64,000 bases of DNA from Cyanobacteria bacterium P01_A01_bin.123 (lineage in GTDB: Bacteria > Cyanobacteriota > Cyanobacteriia > Phormidesmidales > Phormidesmidaceae): assembly GCA_039815185.1 (NCBI GenBank), contig JBCBZT010000020.1, positions 32,001-96,000 on the forward strand, given 5' to 3'. The position numbers and the translations under genes were made by a program. The notes beneath the pieces were generated by a model. The model did not search any database. It worked only from the letters and a program-made list of their open reading frames with translations, and was not told the DNA's origin. Below, one piece after another: positions 18,376 through 27,600 of this stretch; the stretch's first letter is position 1, and every line of letters begins with the position of its first letter.

Positions 18376-21300
18376 AATCGTCACAGAGAAACACTATCAT
18401 CAGGGCCAGCCTATTGGGGGCGATCGCAGGCACCGTTGGCATCACAGCAAATCCTGCAACTGCATTAGCAGCAACCCAATCTATCAGCCCTAAAGCCCAA
18501 GCAGCCAACATTGCAGAATTGTCGCAAGCCGAGGCAACCTCATCTGAACTTTCCTCACGCGATCGCGAGATTGAAGTTGCTCAAATAGAGACCACAGCCG
18601 CTAGTGCACCTTCCTCAGACTCAACCAGTAGTCTTGAGGTTATTCCAGAGACATTTGCTACACAAGCAGCAGATACGCCAATCGCAGCAGACTTATTACC
18701 GTCTCCAGGAGCAGAACTCACCACTGAGATCGGGACTGAGGTTGCTGATATTGCAGACAATGAGCCGACCGCGATCGCCGATGGTGCCAGCCAGCTAGAC
18801 GGTCTTCAAGAGGCTGAAATGGAGGCGGTAGAAGCACTCACCTCGGAAGAATCAGCAGAGGACACTACCACCGTATCTGATGCAGAAGAATTAGCGGAGA
18901 CTGAGATTCAACCCCTAGATCATCAGGCATTAGCCAATCAGGTTCGGATTCTAAATCCTGTCGGCAACGCCGTTCTAGATGTGCCAGCCACCACTGTGAT
19001 TCTGGAATATCCGACTGGCGCTGATGTTGAATTGCAGGTCAATGGCACACGGGTTGACGCATCTTTGCTCGGTCGGACAGAGGTTGACGAAACCCGTAGC
19101 GTCACCGTCGAAACTTGGTATGGGGTACCGCTACAGGCAGGCACGAACAACATTGATGCGGCCATTCGAGGGACTAACACTCCCCTAACGACGATAGAGA
19201 TTCAGGTGCGTGGGGTACCGACTCAGCTTACGGTTGAAACTCGGGAAGCCCAAGTCGCTGCCGATGGTCGCTCAACAGCCACCATTCAAGGTCAACTGCT
19301 AGATGAGAACGGTAACCTTTCCAACTGGAATACAACCGTTACGTTGACGGCCACCGACGGAGAATTTGTGGGGGCAGACCTGTACCCTGATCAAGCTGGG
19401 TTTCAAGTTGAAGCTCGTAATGGTCGCTATACCACCGAACTGCGATCGCCGTTGGAAGCCCAACGGGTGCAGCTTAGGGCAACCGCAAATGGGCTAGAAG
19501 CATTTAATCAAATTCAGTTTGAAACCCAACAGCGTCCTAGCTTGGTGACTGGCGTCATCGACCTCCACTTTGGGACACGGGGCACTGACTATTACAGCAG
19601 CTTCCGAGACTTCTTACCCCCCGATGGCAACAACGGCTACGAGTTCGATGTAGACGCCGCTGTTTTTGCCATCGGGAACTTAGGAGACTGGCTGTTCACG
19701 GGGGCTTACAACAGCGATCGCTCACTGAATGAAGACTGTACCGGCAGTATTGAACTGTTTCGTGACACGCAGCGATGCGAACACAACTATCCGGTCTACG
19801 GCGATGATTCTAGCCGTGACGTTTTAGCACCTTCCATTGACAGCCTTTACCTGAGATTTGAGCGCACTTCGCCAGTGGCAGGGGCTGGAATTGACTACTT
19901 TTCGTGGGGGGATTTCAACACCGAAGAGTTTGCCACCTCATCCCAACTATTTAGCGCCACAACCCGTCAACTCCATGGCTTTAAATTTAACTACAACATT
20001 GGTGATTTAGCCGTAACCGGCTTCTATGGCGACAACGTAGACGGGTTTCAACGAGACACGATTGCGCCGGATGGCACTAGCGGCTTCTATTTCCTCTCTC
20101 GCCGTTTGCTCGTGCCCGGGAGTGAAAATATCTTCCTAGAACTAGAAGAATTGGATCGCCCTGGTACGGTCGTCGAACGTCAGGCGCTCTATCGCGGCAC
20201 CGACTACGAAATTGACTATGACCGGGGTACAATTCTGTTCCGCGATGCGGTTTTACGCACGGCTGTAGACGAGACCGGGACTGTCCTAGTGCGCCGGATT
20301 GTGGCGACCTACCAGTTTGAAGGAGACGGCACTAACACCAATATTTATGCAGGCCGCCTGCAGTACAACCTAGATCGCACTTTGAACCACGAGAGCTGGC
20401 TGGGCGCGACCTATCTCAGAGAGAACCAAGGCAACCGGAGCTTTGAACTGTATGGCGCAGACGCTCAAATTTCCTTGGGTGAAGATGCTCAGCTGATTGC
20501 AGAATTTGCCCATTCAGATAGTGATTTTGATTTGTCTGGCCCAATCAGCGGTTCAGCCTATCGGCTTGAACTTGAGGGCACGGTAACCAACTGGTTGGCT
20601 GGGCGAGCTTATTTTCGCCATACTGACGCAGGCTTTACCAACACTGCCACAACTAGCTTTGTACCGGGGCAAACCCGCTATGGCATTGAGGCAGTTGCTG
20701 CTGTCTCTGAGACAACCAACATCCGCGCCCGGTATGACCACGAAGAGAATGTCGGTACCGCACCGCGCCCGCTCTTGACCCTAAGTGAGCTGCTTGAGAC
20801 TGGCGTTTCTGCCACCCCTGGTAGCCGAGTTGATAACTCGCTAGACACCTTTTCACTGGGTATTGTTCAGCAACTTGGTGATACCAATCTAGAGTTCGAC
20901 TGGATTCACCGAGAACGCACCGATCGGATTTCTCCCAATGCTTTATCGTCGAGTTCTGATCAGCTGCGATCGCGCTTAACCACTAACTTGAGCGAAGACA
21001 TTACCCTCTTTGCCCAAAATGAGCTGAATCTGTCTTCTAATGGAGACTCAATCTATCCCAACCGCACCATCTTTGGCCTAGATTGGCAACTGATGCCCGG
21101 TATTACGCTCGGGGTCAATCAGATTTTCCTCGAAAACAACGGCATCAATGATCGCGGCGCAGTTACCACCATCGATTTGGATGCTGCCTATGCCCTAGGT
21201 GAAGACACCACCATTCGGGGTCGCTTCTCAGTTATCGATGGCACTCAAGTGGGGGGAACGGTTGGGCTAGAACAGGGCTTTACGTTGGCCCCCGGCCTGC

Positions 21301-22247
21301 GGCTTGATTTGGCTTACGAGCATGTATTTAACAACATCTCCAGTATCACTGCTGCCGGAACGCAATTTGTGCAGCCCTTTGCGGTGGGATCGGGGGCATC
21401 TTCGCTGCTGCTCACCGATGGTGACAGTTTCAGCGTCGGACTTTCTTACACTGATAATCCTGATTTGCAAGCGAGTGCCCGCCTAGAGCACCGTTCTTCC
21501 TCCCAAGGGTCTAACACAGTTTTCACAGCATCTGCCCTGGGTCGATTGTCGCCAGCAGTCAGCGTCTTATTCAACTATGAACTGGCCAGTGCTGCCAATC
21601 AATCCCTAGATGGACTGGGAACCTCTAGCACGCTGAAGCTGGGCCTTGCCTACCGAGATCCCCATAGCGATCAGTTCAATGCCCTGCTGCGTTATGAATA
21701 CCGGGGTAATCCTTCTGCTACGCCCGAGACCTTACTCTTTGGGTCTGACATCGGCTCGGAAGAACACCTCTTTACTGCTGAGGCAATTTATGCACCGAAT
21801 TGGCGCTGGGAGTTTTATGGCAAGTATGCCTTCCGCACCAGCACAACCCGCATTGGTGGCATTGGCAGCAGTGAAACGGGTGGGTTTGATGACTTTGTAT
21901 CTAACAGTGCGGTTCATCTAGCCCAGTTTAGAACCACTTATCGATTGGGATACGACTGGGATGTCGTTGGTGAAGCCCGCTGGATTGGCAGCTCTGCCGG
22001 ATATACCGAAATGGGTGCGGCCCTCGAGTTGGGCTACTATCCGACACCTGACCTGCGGTTGTCGGCGGGTTACAGCTTTGGTAGCGCCTATGACCGGGAT
22101 TTCACTGGGAGCAATCGCTCCGCTGGGGGATTTTATTTCGGCATTACTGCCAAGCTCAACAGTTTATTTGGTGGCTTTGGTCTGCAAGAGGTGGCCCCCC
22201 CTCAGCAGCAAGAGTCTGTGCTAGAAACCACTGCGACAAACAATTAA
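18372..22247 (+). CDS. Large outer-membrane beta-barrel protein with N-terminal Ig-like domains (candidate export/assembly pore)
   Basis: Signal peptide, acidic low-complexity linker, invasin-like 'ADGRSTATIQGQLLDENG', then about 800 aa of alternating amphipathic, aromatic-rich beta-strands (e.g. 'WRWEFYGKYAFR', 'LRLSAGYSFG', 'GFYFGITAKL'). Confidence 0.8.
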   Translation: MKSSQRNTIIRASLLGAIAGTVGITANPATALAATQSISPKAQAANIAELSQAEATSSELSSRDREIEVAQIETTAASAPSSDSTSSLEVIPETFATQAADTPIAADLLPSPGAELTTEIGTEVADIADNEPTAIADGASQLDGLQEAEMEAVEALTSEESAEDTTTVSDAEELAETEIQPLDHQALANQVRILNPVGNAVLDVPATTVILEYPTGADVELQVNGTRVDASLLGRTEVDETRSVTVETWYGVPLQAGTNNIDAAIRGTNTPLTTIEIQVRGVPTQLTVETREAQVAADGRSTATIQGQLLDENGNLSNWNTTVTLTATDGEFVGADLYPDQAGFQVEARNGRYTTELRSPLEAQRVQLRATANGLEAFNQIQFETQQRPSLVTGVIDLHFGTRGTDYYSSFRDFLPPDGNNGYEFDVDAAVFAIGNLGDWLFTGAYNSDRSLNEDCTGSIELFRDTQRCEHNYPVYGDDSSRDVLAPSIDSLYLRFERTSPVAGAGIDYFSWGDFNTEEFATSSQLFSATTRQLHGFKFNYNIGDLAVTGFYGDNVDGFQRDTIAPDGTSGFYFLSRRLLVPGSENIFLELEELDRPGTVVERQALYRGTDYEIDYDRGTILFRDAVLRTAVDETGTVLVRRIVATYQFEGDGTNTNIYAGRLQYNLDRTLNHESWLGATYLRENQGNRSFELYGADAQISLGEDAQLIAEFAHSDSDFDLSGPISGSAYRLELEGTVTNWLAGRAYFRHTDAGFTNTATTSFVPGQTRYGIEAVAAVSETTNIRARYDHEENVGTAPRPLLTLSELLETGVSATPGSRVDNSLDTFSLGIVQQLGDTNLEFDWIHRERTDRISPNALSSSSDQLRSRLTTNLSEDITLFAQNELNLSSNGDSIYPNRTIFGLDWQLMPGITLGVNQIFLENNGINDRGAVTTIDLDAAYALGEDTTIRGRFSVIDGTQVGGTVGLEQGFTLAPGLRLDLAYEHVFNNISSITAAGTQFVQPFAVGSGASSLLLTDGDSFSVGLSYTDNPDLQASARLEHRSSSQGSNTVFTASALGRLSPAVSVLFNYELASAANQSLDGLGTSSTLKLGLAYRDPHSDQFNALLRYEYRGNPSATPETLLFGSDIGSEEHLFTAEAIYAPNWRWEFYGKYAFRTSTTRIGGIGSSETGGFDDFVSNSAVHLAQFRTTYRLGYDWDVVGEARWIGSSAGYTEMGAALELGYYPTPDLRLSAGYSFGSAYDRDFTGSNRSAGGFYFGITAKLNSLFGGFGLQEVAPPQQQESVLETTATNN

Positions 22248-22278
22248 GCGAATTCGCTGGAGATAAGGAGCAAGACTG

Positions 22279-24426
22279 ATGATGCATCCCCTAAGCACTC
22301 GACGCTATCAGCTATTGATGGCTTGCGGTCTAGCCGCAACAACACTCGTCTCTCAAGTCGCAGTCTGGGCGCAGGCCACCCCGGCTCACGTGACTACACC
22401 ACCACCTGATCTCCACATCGTCGTCAATAGTAGTCAAGACGGCCCGATCCAGGCTGACGAGATGTTGACCTTGCGAGAAGCCATTGAACTGACTAATGGC
22501 ACCTTGCCATTGGCTTCTCTAAGTGATGTTGAACACGCTCAAGTCACTGTAGTTGAACCTGCTGAATCAGCATCGCGCATTGAGTTTAATCTCCCGGCGA
22601 ATCAAACAAAGATTCAATTGGTAACGCCGCTACCCGCAATCGCAAGCCCTGATCTAACCCTAGATGGCACTACCCAACCCGGTTATGACCCAGCCCTATC
22701 GGCAACGGCTGAAATCGAAGTGCCAATCCCAGTTGTCGAAATTACGCCAGCTCCAGAGGCTGAAGTGTTTCGGGGGTTGAGTATTGTTGCCAGTGGCGTA
22801 ACAGTACGAGGCTTGAGCCTTTATGGTTTTACCGCAGAACACCGAGCTACGGCGATTACACCACCCGCAGATATCTTTATTGCCCATCGTTTGCCACCCC
22901 CAGATACCAGCCAACAATATCCACCCGCCCAAGGGTTTTCCTATTACGACGAAAACATTCCGCCTGAGGATGTACTGATTGAACACAATTGGTTGGGGAT
23001 GCCACCGACAGAAGCCATGCCTGAGACACCTTCAGCGTTTGGGGTTTCTGTATTCAACAGCCAAGGCACAACGGTTCGTCGGAATCGCATTGCTCACCAT
23101 GACGGCAGTGCGATCATTACCGGGGCTCGGGCTGAAAATCTGAAGGTTGAAGAAAACATCTTAGTCGCCAATGGCCTAGCGGGCATGCCCGATGGCATCC
23201 GCATTGAGGGCAGCGTTGATAACAGCGTCATCAGTGGCAATCTGGTCTGCGGTAACGACGGTGCAGGGATCTTTCTGTTTAAGCCCGAAGGGGCGATTGA
23301 AATTCGCGACAACACCATCAAGTTTAATGGTCAGCGCCTGCGTCGCGCTGCGATTTACCTAATGGGCAATGGCCATCGAGTTGTCGACAACGAAATTAAT
23401 AATCAAAAAGGGCCGGGGGTGGTTGTCACCGCGTTTGGCATTGGCAGCCGCAACCCCAGCCATCGCAACTTGATTCAAAACAATGTGTTTGCCAGCCTGG
23501 AAGGCTTGAGTATTGACCTCAATACCCGCCGTCACAATGGGGTGCAAGATTTCCAGCGGGGCGATGGCCCGAATCCAGTGCGCAATTCTGACAATCGGCG
23601 GTTGGATACTGGCAATTTAGCGATTAATGCACCTCAGTTCCTGAGTCCTGAGTTCTTTGTCATGAATGGCAAAGTGATGATCGAAGGCATGGCTGATCCA
23701 GGGTCTGAGGTTGAGCTTTACCTCAGCCATGCGGCTGATTCAGCCCATGGGCCTTTGAGTCAGCCTTTGGCGACTGTTGCGGTGGATCAAGCGGGGCACT
23801 TCACATACGAATCCGCTGAACTGCCATCAGGAACCATAGTCAGCGCGATCGCATCTGATCCTCGCTATGGCACTTCAGAGCCAGCGTTAAATACCGTGGT
23901 GCGATCGCTGTCTGCTACAGATGACAACTCAGCTGCATCTAGCAATCTGGATTTTGAAGTCCCCCAGTGTACAACCCGGCCTGAGCCCCCCGAACCTGTC
24001 GTCGTGGCCCCACCCCCGCCAGAACCAATTCAACTGCAAGTGCCTCGAAACGTTCACTTTGGCCTGGATCGCGACAACATCAGTGCTGAAAGCGCGGCTG
24101 TTTTAGATCAAATTGCAGCAGCAATGCAAATCCATCCCACCTTGGTGGTGGATCTGCACGGCCACACCGACTCTCGGGCCAGTGATGCCTACAACCAAGA
24201 ATTAGCCTTGCGTCGGGCGCGCAATGCTAGAGCGTATCTGATTCAGCAAGGCATTGATCCGGCCCGGACGACAATTCGCTCGTTGGGTGAAACTCAGCTT
24301 TTAACTTCAGAGCGCGATCGCGTCGAGTATGCCCGCAACCGCCGAGTCGAATTTGTGTTTCGCGATGTCCGAGGGCTTAACATCACCTTCGTTGATCAAG
24401 ACACCGACTTACAGATCGAACCTTGA
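22279..24426 (+). CDS. Secreted right-handed beta-helix protein with C-terminal OmpA-like peptidoglycan-binding domain
   Basis: CSLREA-like 'IVVNSSQD...LTLREAI', parallel beta-helix repeats, Pro-rich linker, OmpA motifs 'VHFGLDR', 'GHTDSRASDAYNQELALRRA', 'NRRVEF'. Confidence 0.9.
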   Translation: MMHPLSTRRYQLLMACGLAATTLVSQVAVWAQATPAHVTTPPPDLHIVVNSSQDGPIQADEMLTLREAIELTNGTLPLASLSDVEHAQVTVVEPAESASRIEFNLPANQTKIQLVTPLPAIASPDLTLDGTTQPGYDPALSATAEIEVPIPVVEITPAPEAEVFRGLSIVASGVTVRGLSLYGFTAEHRATAITPPADIFIAHRLPPPDTSQQYPPAQGFSYYDENIPPEDVLIEHNWLGMPPTEAMPETPSAFGVSVFNSQGTTVRRNRIAHHDGSAIITGARAENLKVEENILVANGLAGMPDGIRIEGSVDNSVISGNLVCGNDGAGIFLFKPEGAIEIRDNTIKFNGQRLRRAAIYLMGNGHRVVDNEINNQKGPGVVVTAFGIGSRNPSHRNLIQNNVFASLEGLSIDLNTRRHNGVQDFQRGDGPNPVRNSDNRRLDTGNLAINAPQFLSPEFFVMNGKVMIEGMADPGSEVELYLSHAADSAHGPLSQPLATVAVDQAGHFTYESAELPSGTIVSAIASDPRYGTSEPALNTVVRSLSATDDNSAASSNLDFEVPQCTTRPEPPEPVVVAPPPPEPIQLQVPRNVHFGLDRDNISAESAAVLDQIAAAMQIHPTLVVDLHGHTDSRASDAYNQELALRRARNARAYLIQQGIDPARTTIRSLGETQLLTSERDRVEYARNRRVEFVFRDVRGLNITFVDQDTDLQIEP

Positions 24427-24621
24427 TCATGCCTACGAAAAATTACTGACGTATTACCAGTGTTGCAATTAACCCAGCTTGAAGCTCCCAGAATTTACTG
24501 AGTCTTTGATCCCAACATAACGGGATTGCTAAAGAGGGAGCTTCCCGGTGCTGAGCCTTTATGCCTTACCTGCTCTGCTAATCCATTCTCCAAATCATTG
24601 CCTGCCAATAAGGGTCTTACT

Positions 24622-27600
24622 ATGAGTCTTCTACCCAGATATCTGTCACTGTTTGCGCGCGCTGCTAAAAATCGCCCCAGTGCGTTACTAGCCGCTGCAA
24701 CGATATTAACCACGACGCTGGGCTTTGTGACTCCCGCCAGGGCTGACTCCACGCTTAACGTCATCAAAACAGCGCTGGATCTGAATGGGGCAGATATTAC
24801 CGATGTTGAGTCAGGTCAGGATTTTCTGTTTGAAATTAAGTGGTCTTGTAGTTTAGACGATATCAACGTTGATATATGTGAAGACGTCCAAATCTCAGAC
24901 GTGATTCCCACCGAGCTGGAATATGTCGGTTTAGAAGAGGGAGAAGGGGCCAGAGCCAACTACAACAGCGGCACAAGAACATTCACCTACGATCTCGGCA
25001 CGATTCAGGGAGACTCGGCAGCGGGTTCAATTGCTATTAGAGTTCGCTTCCCAGAAGGAGTTACTGCCGACAACGTAACCGCCAACAACACGGCTGTTAT
25101 TGAATCCGCCACTGCAAATCCGCCAGGACAAAAGTCCAGCAGTGACGATATCACCAGTGATGTCAGCAACCCAGCAGGTAAGTGGAATGTCACTAAAAAC
25201 AAGTTGTTACCTTCCGGTGATCCCATCTTGGATGGAGATGTTACCTATGAAGTCAGCCTTGCGCCAACCCAACGTACGGGTAACCTGAATCTAGAAAACG
25301 TCGTCATGACGGACACCCCAGAGGTTGGGGCAGAAGTTGTCTCTGTGAGCAATGGCGGCGTCTTTAATGATGGCGACGGCGATGGCATCGTGGATCCGGG
25401 AGACACCATTACCTGGAACGTCGGCGATCGCACTGTAGGGCAAGAAACCTACCGAGCTCAGGTCGTATTAAGTTATCCAGCGGCCACCTTCAACTCGAGT
25501 GGTGCAGCCCCCGATACACTACCAGATGTGACAAACTCGGTCACCGGAGCCGGTACCTTTGAAGTGACTAGCGATGCCTTTAGCGACGATGGGGAAGTTA
25601 GCCACGGGTTCGTCGATCCAGATCCTGGCTTAGCCAACTTTCAAAAACGCAACCAAGGCTTTGTCTACGGCAGCCGTCCTGATATTGGCACCGAATTCTA
25701 CTACGACTATAGAATTCAAAACACGGGTAACGTTGCCTTCGATACCCTCACCGTCTTTGATGACAATTTGCCGCCAGAGGTAGATGCTCTACGCTTCCGC
25801 ACGGGTAGATACAGTAACGACGCCGGAGCGACGTTTACACTGCAATACAGTACCGACAACGTCAACTTCCAAAATGTGCCTGGGGTGGTTGATTTGGTTG
25901 TTGCCGACACTGAGCAGCAAAACTTTACCTTGCCAACAGGGACACGTGGCATTCGCATTATTTACGAAAATGCGCCTGTGGGCTTTAACGCCAATACTCG
26001 CCCCAGACTCTATGTCGAAGTGCGCACAACCATGGAAGATACAGGGGCGACGATTCAAGACGGAGAAGACATTGATAACACCGCCACCTTAACAGGTGTC
26101 TTTAATGGTAATGACTACACCGATGACGATGATGTGGAAACCTTTGTCGATCGCCCCCGTGCCGTAGGCATCATTAGCAAAGAGGATTTAACCAATAGCG
26201 GCCCTTACGCGCCGTCTGAGCTAGTTGAGTTTCGGTTGACTGCGGGCAACCGTCGCAATGCCCGCAGAACTCTGGAAAATCCGGTCGTGGTCGATATTCT
26301 GCCCGATGGCCTAGCCTATGTGGCAAATTCCTATGTGTTTGATGCTGGCGATAGTGGCCTGTCAGCACCGTCTAATTTCGAAGTCATTGAAAACTACAAC
26401 GGTAGTGGCCAAACCCTCTTACGCTGGACTTGGGAAGGTCAAGCTGCGGATTATGACGATGGGTCCGACGGTAACGCTTTTAATGACGACAAGACCTGGA
26501 CGATTACCTATAAAGCCGGGATTGAAGAAGGTGATATCCAGGGCAGCATCACCAATACGGTTTACCTCAGTACCTACGACACAAGTACCGACCCGGCAGA
26601 TTTTGTTTGCCATAGCAGGGGTGACAACGATATTGGTGATAGCGACGACATTGATGGCGACGGCAAGACCGGGGACGACAATGTTTACAACAGCAACTCA
26701 TCCACAACTAACGATAATCCCCTCTGCCGTGCCACCGCAGATGTAACCGTTACCACGCTGCCCTTCCTCGAAGCACGTAAACGGGTACAGGGTGGATTAA
26801 ACAACAGCTACGAGATCAGTGGTCAGAGCTATCCCGGTGGTGCAGTCGATTATCAAATCACCGTTACCAACACCGGTACTACGCCCATTGAAGACTTGGT
26901 CGTCGTCGATATCTTCCCCAATATTGACGACACCAGTGTGCTCAATACCAACGTGCCGAGGAATTCTGAGTGGCGACCTTATTTGGTTGGCCCCATCGAA
27001 GTCCAAGTCCCCACGGCTCAGGTTTACTATAGTGTGTCGTCAAATCCATGCCGTCTGAATCCATTAGACGGTACTGATCAGCTTTGGCCACCCGGTTGCG
27101 TTGATGACTGGACAACCACCTTCCCCAATGACCCTACTACGGTCACAGCGGTCAAGATTGACTACGGCAGCTTCAGGCTCAATCCATTGACCTCGCTGAC
27201 AAACGATTGGCCCATGCGGGTGCCGGTCGTTGCCCCTACCAATGAATCAGCCTTTAATTCCTTTGCCCTCACCGGACGACGCATCGATCGCACCTCTCCC
27301 CTACTACCCCAAGAACCGCCTCGGGTAGAGGTCGACTTACAAACCGACGATCCACCGGTTTTGGGTGATTTTGTCTGGAACGATGCTAATAACAACGGCG
27401 TTCAAGACGATGGTGAGAATGGTATCAATGGGGTAGTAGTCGAGCTTTACCGCCCCGGTGCTGATGGCATTCCGGGGACGCCAGACGACGAGTTCGTCGA
27501 CTTCACCATGACCGGGCCAAACCACTTTGGTTTCCCTGGCTTTTATGAGTTTGCCTATCTCGATCCAGGTGACTACTTTCTGAAATTCATTCCGCCCACG

